Assembly (NCBI GenBank): GCA_963833225.1
Contig: CAWHXD010000007.1
Location: 288,001 to 352,000, forward strand
Length of the DNA stretch: 64,000 nucleotides
Direction: 5' to 3'
Source: an uncultured Chloroflexia bacterium
GTDB lineage: Bacteria > Chloroflexota > Limnocylindria > Limnocylindrales > CSP1-4
How positions within the stretch are numbered: position 1 is the stretch's first letter; every line of letters begins with the position of its first letter. The translations under genes and the position numbers were made by a program. This document shows positions 1 to 12,656 of this stretch, piece by piece. A model generated the notes under the pieces. The model was given only the letters and a program-made list of their open reading frames with translations. It was not told the origin of the DNA and did no database searches.

Positions 1-790
1 CCGGCTGGTCCTCCCAGTGCCGGGCGACCCGGTTGCGATCGAACGCCGCGTGGAACAGGCGCTCCGCCTCGGCGCGATCGTCGCGGATGAACACCGTCCC
101 GACGCCGGTGGACCGCTCGATCTCGGACGGGTCGCGGCCGACGGTCTCGCAATGGCGGAGGAGGACCTCCTCCTTGCGCTGGAGCTCCTCGATGGTGCCG
201 CCGACGTTGTTCATATCGGCGTACTTCGCGACCAGCTTGAGCGTGACCTGCTCGCCGCCACCGCCGATGCAGATCGGAAGGTGCGCCTGGACGGGTGGCG
301 GGAGGTTCCGCGTGTCATGGCTCGTGTAGTGCGGGCCCGCCGCCGTCGGTTCGGTTCCGTCCAGCATCCCACGCATGATCGGGAGGGCCTCACCCAGCCA
401 GCGAAGGCGCTCGGGGAAGCCCGACCCGAAGTCCAGCCCGAAGTCCTGGTGCTCCTCCTCGAACCACGCCCCACCGATGCCCAGGATCGCGCGGCCGTTG
501 CTGATGTGGTCGAGCGTGGTCGCCATCTTGGCCGTGAGCGTCGGCGCCCGGAACGAATTCGCGCCCACCATGAGGCCGATCCGGATCCGCTTGGTCGCCT
601 GCGCCCAGGCCGCCAGCGTCAGCCAGCCCTCGTAGTTGGGCCCGGTCGAGTCACCGACGATGGGGTACAGGTGATCCCAGGTCCACAGGGTGTCGTAGCC
701 CAGCTCGTCGGCACGGATGCCGGCCTGGAGCAGCGCGGGCCACTTGGTGTACTGGTTCCAGCAGAGTGCGCCGATCTTGATGTCAGTCAT
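1..790 (-). CDS. LLM-class (luciferase-like, probably F420-dependent) oxidoreductase; 3' end runs off the window
   Basis: Not in the ORF track. Manual translation from ATG 790 gives MTDIKIGALCWNQY...GYDTLWTWDHLYP...EGWLTLAAWAQATKRIRIGLMV...AKMATTLDHISNGRAILGIGGAWFEEEH...PICIGGGGEQVTLKLVAKYAD, typical LLM motifs. Confidence 0.9.
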   Translation of the reverse strand, partial: MTDIKIGALCWNQYTKWPALLQAGIRADELGYDTLWTWDHLYPIVGDSTGPNYEGWLTLAAWAQATKRIRIGLMVGANSFRAPTLTAKMATTLDHISNGRAILGIGGAWFEEEHQDFGLDFGSGFPERLRWLGEALPIMRGMLDGTEPTAAGPHYTSHDTRNLPPPVQAHLPICIGGGGEQVTLKLVAKYADMNNVGGTIEELQRKEEVLLRHCETVGRDPSEIERSTGVGTVFIRDDRAEAERLFHAAFDRNRVARHWEDQP

Positions 791-832
791 GCAGCCAGTG
801 TAGATCGGACCGCGTTCTGAACCTGACGTCGC

Positions 833-1168
833 TCAGACGATATCGACCGAGATCTCCACCGCTGAAACCGTCCCCCGGTTCTCGAGCCAGTGGAGCGTCT
901 CCCGATCCTCGGGCCAGCCAACCCCCGGCCCGTACTCCGTGGCGACCCCGTCCCGGTGGTCGGTGATCGCTCCCTGCAGGACGTACACGATGCCGGGCCT
1001 GCCCTTGTGGTCGTGGATCGGGCCGAAGACGCCTCCAGGCTCGATGGTCACGATGCGCATTCGAAGCTGGCGCCCTTCCATGCCCTCGATCTCGCGGCCA
1101 AGGTCAACCGATGCAAGCACCTTCGTCGTTACGCCCTTCGTCTCAGGCGCCACCAGTTGGTTGCTCAT
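833..1168 (-). CDS. Cupin domain protein
   Basis: LRMRIVTIEPGG...HDHKGRPGIVYVLQG...HWLENRG cupin motifs; GGAGAG RBS upstream of ATG 1168 (alternative ATG 1171). Confidence 0.85.
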   Translation of the reverse strand: MSNQLVAPETKGVTTKVLASVDLGREIEGMEGRQLRMRIVTIEPGGVFGPIHDHKGRPGIVYVLQGAITDHRDGVATEYGPGVGWPEDRETLHWLENRGTVSAVEISVDIV

Positions 1169-1284
1169 CATGCTCTCCGTCGAAGATTGGGCGGCTCTGC
1201 AGGGGCGCCAGACGTCGTGACCGGGAGTCAACGTTCCGGGCGCGAATGACCGTGATGCCCGGGCCCGGCACCACGTCCTTGACT

Positions 1285-2871
1285 GAGGAGCATGTGAAGT
1301 AATCGCGCCGTTGGGGATTCCCAAGCGGGACCGGCGCAGTCACGCTCGACGACATGGACGACACGCTGTTCGATCTCCCGCCCATCGAACCCGCTGCCAC
1401 TGTTGACGAGGTCCGGGCGCGCCCGAGGGTCCAGCGCCCGAACCGGAACCAGGTCGAGCTGCGGCCGGTCGACCTCGAGGGCCTGCTGTCCGCGGACCAT
1501 CGGGCGCGCCTCGTGTGGGCGTTCGTCGAGGGCCTCGATCTCGAACCGCTGTACGGGCGGATCCGTGCGCTCGAGGGCGGGGCCGGGCGGCCGCCGATCG
1601 ATCCCGCGATCCTGACCGCCCTGTGGCTGTACGCCACCCTCGAGGGGGTCGGCTCGGCCCGGGCGCTCGAACGCCTGTGCGATGCGCATGACGCGTACCG
1701 CTGGATCTGCGGCGGGGTCCCGGTCAACTACCACACCCTGGCCGACTTCCGCGTCGGCGACGGCGATCTGTTCGACCGCCTGCTCACCGAGGGCGTGGCC
1801 GCGCTGATCGCCGACGGCGCGGTCAGTCTCAACCGCGTCGCCCAGGACGGGATGCGGGTCCGGGCTTCGGCAGGTGTGGGCTCGTTCCGCGGGCGGGATG
1901 CCCTCGAGGTTGCCCGCGCCGAGGCTGAGGCCCAGGTGGCGGCGCTGCGGGCCGAGCTCGAGACCGACCCCGAGGCGACCTCCCGGCGCATCGCCGCGGC
2001 GCGCGAGCGGGCGGCACGCGAGCGGGCCGAGCGCGTCCGCCGGGCCCTCGAGCGGCTGCCCGAGCTCGAGGCCCGCCGCGCGAAGCCGACCGCCAACCGC
2101 CGGCCGTCCAAGCCGCCAGAGGCCTCGACGACCGATCCCGAGGCGCGCTTCATGGCGTTCCCCGACGGCGGCGCCCGGCCTGCCTGGAACGTCCAGTTCG
2201 CCACCGACACCGCGACCCAGGTGATCGTCGGACTCGAGGCGGACGACCGGTATGACAACGAGGCCCTGGGTCCGATGGTCGACCAGATCCGCACCCGTTA
2301 CGGACGGGCGCCCACCGAGCACCTCGTCGACAAGGGGTTCCGGAACTTCACCGAGCTCGTGCGGCTGGCCGAACCTCCCTGCGGCACCACGCTGTTCATG
2401 CCCGTCCCCAAGCCCCGCGGCCGCAGCACCCGGGATCGCCACCGGCCACTCCGGACCGACCCGCAGGCGGTTGCCGAGTGGCGGGTCCGGATGGGGACCC
2501 CCAAGGCGAAAGCGATCGCGAAGGAACGCGCGTCGACCGCCGAGTGCGTCAACGCGATCGCCCGCAACCGGGGGCTGCGCGCGTTCGGGGTCCGGGGTCG
2601 CACCAAGGTCAGGGCCGTCATCGTCTGGTTCGCCCTCGCCCACAACCTGATGCGGACACTCGCCCTGCGAGCCGCAGCCCAGGCCACCTGATCCAGGGGC
2701 GACGCCCCAGGCGCCGGGTGTCAAAGGGCTGGTCCACCGACCATCGCTGGGTCGATCCTGCCCCGGAGCCACCGGGACATCCAGCCTGCCAGGCGCCCAT
2801 GCTCCTGTCTGGCTGATCGGATCCCGCTGGACCACGCGCAGGCTCGAACGGGAATGCTTCACAGGCTCCTC
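1285..2871 (+). mobile_element. IS1182-family insertion sequence
   Basis: Imperfect terminal inverted repeats GAGGAGCATGTGAAGTA (1285-1301) and TGCTTCACAGGCTCCTC (2855-2871), 15/17 match, flank the transposase. Exact tips uncertain by a few bp; no clear target duplication. Confidence 0.8.
1354..2691 (+). CDS. IS1182-family transposase
   Basis: DHRARLVWAFVEGLDL...GRPPIDP...LWLYA...SARALERLC...YRWICGG...HTLADFR N-terminal domain; QDG, STTDPEARFM, LVDKGF and ERASTAECVNA DDE-type motifs. Confidence 0.93.
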   Translation: MDDTLFDLPPIEPAATVDEVRARPRVQRPNRNQVELRPVDLEGLLSADHRARLVWAFVEGLDLEPLYGRIRALEGGAGRPPIDPAILTALWLYATLEGVGSARALERLCDAHDAYRWICGGVPVNYHTLADFRVGDGDLFDRLLTEGVAALIADGAVSLNRVAQDGMRVRASAGVGSFRGRDALEVARAEAEAQVAALRAELETDPEATSRRIAAARERAARERAERVRRALERLPELEARRAKPTANRRPSKPPEASTTDPEARFMAFPDGGARPAWNVQFATDTATQVIVGLEADDRYDNEALGPMVDQIRTRYGRAPTEHLVDKGFRNFTELVRLAEPPCGTTLFMPVPKPRGRSTRDRHRPLRTDPQAVAEWRVRMGTPKAKAIAKERASTAECVNAIARNRGLRAFGVRGRTKVRAVIVWFALAHNLMRTLALRAAAQAT

Positions 2872-2940
2872 CGTCACGAACCGGGCCCTGAAGGTCCCCG
2901 AGATGTCCCGAAATGGGCGCCCGGCGCCGCAACCCTGACT

Positions 2941-3024
2941 GTCCGTCACGAATCGCGCCGTGACGGACGCCGAGATGCCCCGATGCGCCCGCTGCTGCTG
3001 GAAACCGTGACTGGGGGTCACGAA
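2941..3024. repeat. REP-like palindromes built on GTCACG/CGTGAC
   Basis: Perfect 10-bp arms GTCCGTCACG-N8-CGTGACGGAC (2941-2968) and CGTGAC-TGGGG-GTCACG (~3006-3022). Related copies at 2871-2880 and ~1216-1233. Confidence 0.5.
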
Positions 3025-3044
3025 CGCCAACCGTCGCCCGAGGG

Positions 3045-5624
<2,580 letters not shown>

Positions 5625-5644
5625 GGTCGGGTCCTGCCTCCGAT

Positions 5645-5680
5645 AGAAACGAAACCCCCCGCCGGTCCCGGCGAGGGGTC
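5645..5680 (-). terminator. Intrinsic terminator-like hairpin downstream of tRNA-Ala
   Basis: Minus strand GACCCCTCGCCGG-GA-CCGGCGGGGGGTT followed by TCGTTTCT: GC-rich stem with an interrupted U tract. Confidence 0.65.
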
Positions 5681-5704
5681 AGGTTGTCGGCGTCAGCGGG
5701 GCGT

Positions 5705-5780
5705 TGGTGGAGCTACGGGGATTCGAACCCCGGACCTTCTGAATGCCATTCAGACGCTCTCCCAGCTGAGCTATAGCCCC
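5705..5780 (-). tRNA. tRNA-Ala(GGC)
   Basis: GGGGCTATAGCTCAGCTGGGAGAGCG TCTGA-ATGGCAT-TCAGA AGGTC CGGGGTTCGAATCCCCG TAGCTCCACCA; 76 nt, G3:U70 pair, encoded CCA. Confidence 0.98.
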
Positions 5781-5823
5781 ACGGGTTTTGTGCTCAATCG
5801 GCCCTGCTTCCTGAGCGAATGGG

Positions 5824-5832
5824 AGTCTAGCA
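5824..5832 (-). promoter_or_regulatory. Extended -10 promoter candidate for tRNA-Ala
   Basis: TGCTAGACT (TGn + TAGACT) about 43 nt upstream of the tRNA 5' end. Confidence 0.5.
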
Positions 5833-6017
5833 CGGCGGAAACGGCCGAGCCGACAGTCGGGAGCCTGGCCACAACGCTTGGACAGGCGATGACTGCGGCG
5901 AGAAGCGGAACGTGGCCTGGCTGATCAGCGCCGGCGGGACCGAGCCGACCCGCCACGCTCGAGAGCGCTGCTGGCGGGGGTCGTGCGGGCTCGCGAACGC
6001 GTGCCTGCGGGGCAGGG

Positions 6018-7193
6018 TCACGTGCTAGCCAGCCCGTGGTGCCCTGGGCCGCGGGGGATCACCGGCCAGATGTCGGTGACCACCCCGTCGCAATCGACCA
6101 CGTGGAAGGCATCGAACCAGTTGACGGTCGACGGCGCGTAACCCGGTATGACCGCCACCACATCCCCGATCCTGAGCGAGCCGTCCCGGTCGGCGAAGAT
6201 CCCGTGCTCCTCGTCGAACCTTACGGCCCCCTCGTGGTGCCCGATGATCCGGGACAACTCGCCGTCGCCGATCGACTTGCTCCCGGCATCGATGATCACC
6301 CGGCCCGGAGGACGACTGATGACTGTTGCCGCCACGGTCAGGGCGTGCTCAAACCCGTTCACCATGCGGCCGTGGAACACGTCCATCAGCACGTACGTGC
6401 CGGCCTGGATCTCGGTGATCCCGGGATGCGTCGCGGTCCATTCCCAGGTCGCCGTCCCACCCGCCGATCGGACGGGCACGGCGATCCCATCCCGCTCGAG
6501 CCGCTCCGCGACTCCGACGAACAGCGCCATCGCCTCGCGTTGGCGGGCGTGCCGCTGTTCGCGATCGTCGATCATGGAGCAGTGGCCCTCGTACCCGGTG
6601 ATCCCCACGAGCCGTAGGCCGGGCAGACCGACGACCGTTCGTGCCAGGTGGAGCGCGGCCTCGGACGTGTCGACCCCGCACCGATTCATGCCCGTATCGA
6701 CCTCGATACAGATCCCCAACTCGCTGCCGCCGTCGCGCGCGGCCGCAGCCAGATCCGCCGCATTGGCGGCATTGTCGACGGCGACGATGACATCGCGGTC
6801 GCGAGCGAGCCCGGCCAGAACTCGGATCTTCTCGGCTCCCACGACGGTGTTGACGACGAACAGGTGGTCGAGGCCAAACCGGGCGAGAACCGCCGCCTCC
6901 CAGACCGTTGCCATCGACAGCCCGATCGCTCCCGCCTCGATCTGCAGACGGGCGAGCTCCGGGCTCTTGTGGACCTTGATGTGAGGGCGCAGTGCGGCGG
7001 GCATGCCGCTCACGGCGTTCGCCATGACCTCGATGTTGCGGCGGGCGATCGGCAGGTCGAGGACCAGGGCCGGGGTGACCAGCTCCGACCGGTGGCGCCC
7101 GATTGCGGCACCGTATTCCCGGCGCACGTGCTCGTGGACGGCCCCGTAGTCGGACGCCCGTGCGAACGGGTCCCCCCGCCCTCTGCCGGTCAC
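6018..7193 (-). CDS. DSD1 / D-threonine aldolase-family PLP-dependent enzyme (alanine racemase fold)
   Basis: TPALVLDL, LRPHIKVHKS (PLP Lys), IEVDTGMNRCGV, GYEGH, EIQAGTYVLMD, DAGSKS, EEHG. Confidence 0.88.
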   Translation of the reverse strand: MTGRGRGDPFARASDYGAVHEHVRREYGAAIGRHRSELVTPALVLDLPIARRNIEVMANAVSGMPAALRPHIKVHKSPELARLQIEAGAIGLSMATVWEAAVLARFGLDHLFVVNTVVGAEKIRVLAGLARDRDVIVAVDNAANAADLAAAARDGGSELGICIEVDTGMNRCGVDTSEAALHLARTVVGLPGLRLVGITGYEGHCSMIDDREQRHARQREAMALFVGVAERLERDGIAVPVRSAGGTATWEWTATHPGITEIQAGTYVLMDVFHGRMVNGFEHALTVAATVISRPPGRVIIDAGSKSIGDGELSRIIGHHEGAVRFDEEHGIFADRDGSLRIGDVVAVIPGYAPSTVNWFDAFHVVDCDGVVTDIWPVIPRGPGHHGLAST

Positions 7194-7948
7194 GAGGATG
7201 CGGCGTGGCTTCGGGCCGCCCCGGCCACGGCTCCGTCTCGCATGAAGGCGAAGTTGGCGGCCACGTCGCCCCCGTCGAAGACTGCGCTTCCGGTCACGAT
7301 AAGATCGGCGCCGAGCGCACCGACCTGTTCGATGTTCGCCTTCGTCACACCGCCGTCGACGCCCAGAAGGATGGGCCGCCCCGACGCCTCGATGAGGCGC
7401 CGCACGCGTGCGACCCGCTCGCCCGTCGAGGGCAGGAAGGACTGCCCGCTCCAGCCGGGGTCGATCGCCAGGACGAGCACCAGGTCGACCACCTCCAGCA
7501 GCGGCCCGACAGCCTCGATGGGGGTGCTCGGGTCCAGCCCCACGCCGCGGATGATGCCCCGCTCGGGGTCATTCGCGTTCGTCGCGGCTCCAAGCATGTG
7601 CAGGGCCCTGTGGGGGTGCGCCACACCGCCGAGATGGAGCGTGATGATGTCGGCCCCTGCCGCTACAAACGCCTCGACTCTGGAGATCGGGTCCGAGACC
7701 ATGAGATGGACGTCCTTGAGTAGCGGCGTCCGCATCGCTTTGATCAACGGCGGGCCAAACGTGAACTGCGGGCAGTAGACACCGTCCATGACATCGACGT
7801 GGACGAGCTCGGCGCCGCTCGCGGCGAGCCGCTCGAGCTCGTGGCCCAGGTCCAGCAGGTCGGCGGTGAGCATCCCCACGCTGAGGCGCGGCCCGCCGGT
7901 TCGCAGGTGGTCGAGCGACGGGCCAACACCGTTCAGGACCGTTCCCAT
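7190..7948 (-). CDS. Ribulose-phosphate 3-epimerase family protein, LsrE-like
   Basis: HVDVMDG, DVHLMV, VDGGV and VTGSAVF. LSVG, CPQFT and IIRG resemble LsrE, and the gene lies directly after lsrF. Confidence 0.85.
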   Translation of the reverse strand: MGTVLNGVGPSLDHLRTGGPRLSVGMLTADLLDLGHELERLAASGAELVHVDVMDGVYCPQFTFGPPLIKAMRTPLLKDVHLMVSDPISRVEAFVAAGADIITLHLGGVAHPHRALHMLGAATNANDPERGIIRGVGLDPSTPIEAVGPLLEVVDLVLVLAIDPGWSGQSFLPSTGERVARVRRLIEASGRPILLGVDGGVTKANIEQVGALGADLIVTGSAVFDGGDVAANFAFMRDGAVAGAARSHAASS

Positions 7949-7951
7949 TGC

Positions 7952-8851
7952 TCAGGCCGTGACCTTGGGACTGGCATACTCACGCTCTAGCGCCTGGAAC
8001 ACGTCGAACGCCTCGGCCGGCCGATACCCCTCGTGGACGACCTTGCGGACGGCCTGGATCATCGCCGCCGGCGAGGAGCTCTGGAAGATGTTGCGGCCCA
8101 TGTCGACCCCGGCGGCGCCGCTGTCGATCGCCTGCCAGGCCATGGTGAGCGCGTCCAGCTCGGGCAGCTTCTTGCCGCCGGCCATCACGATCGGCACCGG
8201 GCAGCCGGCGGTGACTTTCTCGAAGCCGTCGGCGCAGTAGTAGGTCTTCACGACCTGCGCCCCGAGCTCGGCGCATATGCGCGTGGCGAGTCCGAGGTAC
8301 CGGGCGTCGCGAACCAGCTCCTTGCCAACCGCCGTGACCCCGAGCACCGGGACCCCACGCTTGTACCCCTCGTCCACCTGGCGCGTCATGTTGATCACGG
8401 TCTCGGTCTCGAACTCACCGCCGACGAATACCTGAACCGCGATCGCCGAGGCACCCAGGCGAACGGCATCGTCCACGTCCATGGCGATCCGCTCGTTGGA
8501 CAGCTCCTTCAGGATGCTCGGTCCGCCGCTCGCCCGCAGGACGATCCCTTGCCGCACCGCAGGCGGCACCACGGTCCGGAGCATCCCGCGCGTCAGCATC
8601 AGTGCATCAGCGTGCGGCGCGAGCGGCAGGATGCTGAGGTCGACACGCTCCAGGCCGGTGGTCGGTCCCTGGAAGTAGCCATGGTCGATCGCCAGCATCA
8701 CGGTGTGGCCGCTCTCCGGCCGGAAGATGCGAGCGAGACGGTGCTGCATTCCCCAGTCGTAGGCACCGGAGCCCTTGAGGAAGAACGCCTCGTTCCTCTG
8801 CGGGACGTCCTCGTAGAACTGCTTGATGTCGCTGCTGTCCTGCTCGGGCAT
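7952..8851 (-). CDS. lsrF: 3-hydroxy-5-phosphonooxypentane-2,4-dione thiolase LsrF
   Basis: [79 protein letters not shown]. Confidence 0.93.
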   Translation of the reverse strand: MPEQDSSDIKQFYEDVPQRNEAFFLKGSGAYDWGMQHRLARIFRPESGHTVMLAIDHGYFQGPTTGLERVDLSILPLAPHADALMLTRGMLRTVVPPAVRQGIVLRASGGPSILKELSNERIAMDVDDAVRLGASAIAVQVFVGGEFETETVINMTRQVDEGYKRGVPVLGVTAVGKELVRDARYLGLATRICAELGAQVVKTYYCADGFEKVTAGCPVPIVMAGGKKLPELDALTMAWQAIDSGAAGVDMGRNIFQSSSPAAMIQAVRKVVHEGYRPAEAFDVFQALEREYASPKVTA

Positions 8852-8875
8852 CGCACTCGTCCCTTCTTGCCATCG

Positions 8876-10431
8876 TTATGCGCCTGCGGGCCACCACATC
8901 GGCGGAAGCAGCCCAATTCCGACAGGTCGAGGATCCGCGGGTAGAGCGTCCGCCAGCGTGCATAGCTCTCGTCATAGACGGCTCGGGCTGCTGGCTGCGG
9001 CTCGAACGTGCGCTCGAACCGCACGAGCCGGTCGGCCACCTCAGTGAGGTCGCGATACAGACCAGCGCCAACCCCCGCGCAGAACGCGGCCCCCAGCGCC
9101 GTCGATTCCTTGACCACCGGGACCCGAACTGGCAGGCCGATCACATCTGCCACGATCTGTGGCCACAGCTGGCCTTTGGCCGCGCCGCCGGTGAACACGA
9201 GCTCGTCGTAGGTTCGACCGGTGAGCTCCGAGATGATCTCGAGATGGCCCCGGACCGTATATGCCGCCTGTTCCTCGAGCGCCCGAATGGACGCCCGGCG
9301 GTTTGACGCGGCGGGACGGTTGACGTCGAAACCGAGCAACGACGGTGACGCCTGGACCCACCGCTTCGCGTCCATCACGTTGGCGAAGATCGCCGTGATG
9401 CCCTCCGCGCCGGGCGGCACGGACGCGGCGGCCTCCTCCATGACCACGTACGCATCGACACCCCGGCGGTTTGCCTCCGCGACCTCCAGCTCGCAGAAGG
9501 CGTCACGGAACCAGCGCATCGCGATGCCGCACCAGAACCCGATCCCCTCGGTCATCCACTGGTCGGGGACTGCGTGACACAGCGTCCTGACCCGCGCCTG
9601 GGGGTCGATCAGTGGCGCGTCGGTCACGACGGTGAGCTGCCAGAAGCTGCCGCCGACGAGGGTGATTCGATCCGGGCGCACCACCCCGATGCCCACCAGG
9701 CCCAGCTGCGTGTCCGCGCCACCGACCACGACCGGTGTTCCAGCGATCAGGCCCGTCTCCTGGGCCGCTAGGTCGGTAATCGGCCCGACGACCGTGCCGG
9801 GCTCGAGCACTTCGGGCACGATGTCGGTCGAGAGGCCGATCAGGCCCAGCGACGACGCCGACCAGGACCGCGCCCGTAGATCGAACAGGTCTGAACTCGA
9901 CCCGCAGGAGGGGTCGGTCACGAACCGTCCCGTCAGGCGATAAAGCACCCAGTCGCTCAGCATGCCCACGTGCGCGGCTGCGCGAAACACGTCGGGCTCG
10001 TGCGCCTTGATCCACAGAAACCGGGCCGGTGAGGTGATCGAGACCCAGTCGCCCCCCTGCTCGAAGATCTTCCGGGCGTCGCCGCTTCGGACGAGCTCGG
10101 TCGCTTCGGCCGAGGCGCGCGAATCGACGTTCGGGCAGGCCCAGATCTCCCGACCGGCCTCGTCGTAGAGGACCATTCCCTCGCGCATGCTCGTGCTGCT
10201 GACGGCAACGACGGCGGAGGCGGCAACCCCGGCTCGCGTCAGGGCCTCCCGGATGCACTCCCCGATGAGCGACCAGTTGTGGTTCGTGTTGAACACCTGC
10301 GATCCCGGTGCGCCAGGGAGCGCCGCGTGCGTCCATTCCCGCTGGCCGATTGCGACCTGGGTACCGTCCTCCGCGAACAACACGGCCCGGCAGCTGCCGG
10401 TGCCGAGATCGATCGCAAGGATGTAGCTCAT
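8876..10431 (-). CDS. lsrK: Autoinducer-2 kinase LsrK-like FGGY kinase (1-nt frameshift near 8911)
   Basis: LAIDLGTGSCRAV, SSTSMREGMVLYD...IWACPNVDSRA, VGGADTQ, GGSFWQ. Restoring one G in a G run gives a normal C-terminus LLPPMWWPAGA* ending at 8876. Confidence 0.85.
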
Positions 10432-11516
10432 CGTGTCGAGCTCCCGGCGGGTAGCGCGGCCAGCGCCTCGCGATTGGCTACGTTGCGCAAGGGCTCGCCG
10501 GAAGCGAGGCGTTCGATCTCGTGGACGGCCATCTCGCCGCCGTGGTGCAGGGTGTCGACCGTTGCGCCTCCGATGTGGGTGGTCACGACGACGTTCGGCT
10601 GCCCCAGCAACGGATGCCGACCGGTCGCGGGCGAGGGGCTGATGACGTCCAGCGCGACGCCGGCCAGGCGCCCGGACTCGAGGCCGGCGAGGACGGCCGA
10701 TTCGTCGATCAACTCATGACGGGAGGTATTGACGAGGTAGGCACCGGGCTTCATGGCCGCGATCTCGCGCGCTCCGATCATGCCGCGATTGTCGGCCGTC
10801 ACGCGGGCATGGAGCGACACGGAGTCGGCGGCCTCAAGGAGTGGCAGCAGGTCGGCCGGTTCGGCGCCACCTGCGCGTACGACGTCCGGTTCGACGAACG
10901 GGTCATAGGCCAGCACCCGCATCCCGAACGCTTGGGCACGACGGGTGACCCGGTGCCCGATCTGCCCGAAGCCGATGATGCCCAGCGTGTGGCCGGCGAG
11001 GTCGTGGCCGAACCAGCGCACGCCCTCGTAGTTGTCGTGTCCGAACTCGCCACCCTCGTCGACGTGGCGCATGACCTCGTGCAATCGACGCGCCAGCATC
11101 ACAAGGAATGCCATCGTGAGCTCCGCCACGGCGTCGGCATTCTTGCCAGGAGTCGTCACGACGGGGATCCCACGCTCGGTCGCGGCTGCGACATCGACGT
11201 TGACCGGCCCGCCCCGTACACAGCACACGAGCCGGAGCCTGGGGTTGGCGTCCATGACGGCGTCGGTCACTGGCGCTCCCTGCACGACGAGCACATCGTG
11301 ATCGCGCATTGACGCGATGACCTGCCTCGGCGTGCCCAGGTACTCGCGGATCCGCAGTTCCGAGGCCGATGAGGGGGTCCAGCCGGGGTCGTCGAGCACA
11401 TCGACAAACGACACCTCGTGCGGCGGGGACATCACCGTGAAGGCGTCGCGCATGGCCGCTGACGGGCAGTACGAATCACCTACGACGTGGATTTGGAGAG
11501 ACGTCGCAGGGCCCAT
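10428..11516 (-). CDS. D-isomer-specific 2-hydroxyacid dehydrogenase (SerA-like)
   Basis: RGGPVNVD, TPGKNADAVAEL, GIIGFGQIG, SLHAR, LVNTSR, LDV, HIGGAT. Confidence 0.9.
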   Translation of the reverse strand: MGPATSLQIHVVGDSYCPSAAMRDAFTVMSPPHEVSFVDVLDDPGWTPSSASELRIREYLGTPRQVIASMRDHDVLVVQGAPVTDAVMDANPRLRLVCCVRGGPVNVDVAAATERGIPVVTTPGKNADAVAELTMAFLVMLARRLHEVMRHVDEGGEFGHDNYEGVRWFGHDLAGHTLGIIGFGQIGHRVTRRAQAFGMRVLAYDPFVEPDVVRAGGAEPADLLPLLEAADSVSLHARVTADNRGMIGAREIAAMKPGAYLVNTSRHELIDESAVLAGLESGRLAGVALDVISPSPATGRHPLLGQPNVVVTTHIGGATVDTLHHGGEMAVHEIERLASGEPLRNVANREALAALPAGSSTR

Positions 11517-11684
11517 AATGATCTCGGGAACCTCGTGCTATCTCGATCGACGCAGGGACCACCTGGCCGCTGGTCGCGGTCCGGTAATCATCAGCAAGAT
11601 TGTGCATCGCAAGTCAAGGCAGTGCGTCAATCGACGTTGGGGCCACCACGCAGGGAGACATCGTGCGTCGGCATAAGGCAATCC

Positions 11685-12656
11685 GTGAGCGTGACGGTCG
11701 AGACGAGGCCCAAGGACTACCTGACCGAGATCGCGACGCGGTACTACATGCGCGCCGACTCCCAGGTGGAGATCTCCCGTGACCTGGGGCTCGATCCATC
11801 GACGGTGTCGCGATACCTGAAGCGAGCACGAGACGAAGGTGTCGTTCACGTCGAGATCCGGCCACCGAGGCACGAGGAACTGGAGCTCGGCCGGAAGATC
11901 GCCGCGCGTTACGGCCTAGGCCGAGTCGTGGTCGCGCCCGATGAAACCGGTGATGGCGCCGGCGGGGGCGCTCTAGCGTGGACGGCGGCGCGCTTCATCG
12001 AGGATCTGCTTCGGAATGGCATGCGGCTCGGCGTCTCATGGGGCCGAACCCTTGCTGCCACCATCCACGAGTTGCGCGCCGGCACGGTGTCAGGACTTCG
12101 GGTGTCCCCGCTCGCGGGTGGCGTCGCCGACCCGACGCCCGGCATCCAGGGCCACGACCTCGTGCGACGAATGGCCGAGCTCTACCCTGAGTCGACGGTC
12201 AACTACTTGCACGCCCCCGCGATCGTCGGATCCGACGAGACGGTGGCGGCGCTGCTGGGTGATCGGACGATCCAGGCGGCTCTCGATGCGGCTCGGGAGA
12301 GCGAGCTCGCGCTCGTCGGGATCGGCCAGATGGACGAGCAGTCGACGCTGTTCCGAGGTGGGCATGTGGATCCGGAAGATTGGACCGTTCTGATCGCCGA
12401 GGGCGCGACCGGCAACATCAATACGTGCTTCTTCGATCGCGAGGGACGGCCAATCGAGACGCTCAGCGCTCGGACGATCGCCACTTCCCTCGAAGAGCTC
12501 CGGAGAATCCCGACCGTCGTTGCCGTGGCGGGTGGTCGCGGCAAGGTCGCCGCCATCGAGGGTGCGATCGCAACGGGCGCGATCGACATCCTGGTGACGA
12601 ATGAAGCGACGGCGAGGTCGTTTCTTGCGAGGTCGGGTCGCCGCGGACACGGCTGA
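11685..12656 (+). CDS. SorC/LsrR-family sugar-binding transcriptional regulator
   Basis: IATRYYMRADSQVEISRDLGLDPSTVSRYLKRARDEG HTH; LGVSWGRT, LHAPAIV, LVGIG, LVTNE; divergent from the lsrK operon. Start codon uncertain. Confidence 0.9.
   Translation: MSVTVETRPKDYLTEIATRYYMRADSQVEISRDLGLDPSTVSRYLKRARDEGVVHVEIRPPRHEELELGRKIAARYGLGRVVVAPDETGDGAGGGALAWTAARFIEDLLRNGMRLGVSWGRTLAATIHELRAGTVSGLRVSPLAGGVADPTPGIQGHDLVRRMAELYPESTVNYLHAPAIVGSDETVAALLGDRTIQAALDAARESELALVGIGQMDEQSTLFRGGHVDPEDWTVLIAEGATGNINTCFFDREGRPIETLSARTIATSLEELRRIPTVVAVAGGRGKVAAIEGAIATGAIDILVTNEATARSFLARSGRRGHG

Noticed and set aside
17-820. Plus-strand 267-aa ORF and the many other long overlapping ORFs (e.g. 1228-3402, 21884-23341, 62181-63677)
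   Set aside because: These are antisense or alternate-frame shadows of recognisable genes, expected in high-GC DNA, with Arg/Pro/Gly-rich composition and no motifs.
5625-5704. T-box riboswitch upstream of leuS
   Set aside because: Only ~80 nt are available and there is no GGTGGNACC T-box consensus or Stem I.
5705-6018. tRNA-Ala as the integration site of the catabolic island
   Set aside because: The island lies on the 5' side of the tRNA, and no integrase or duplicated tRNA 3' end is visible in the window.
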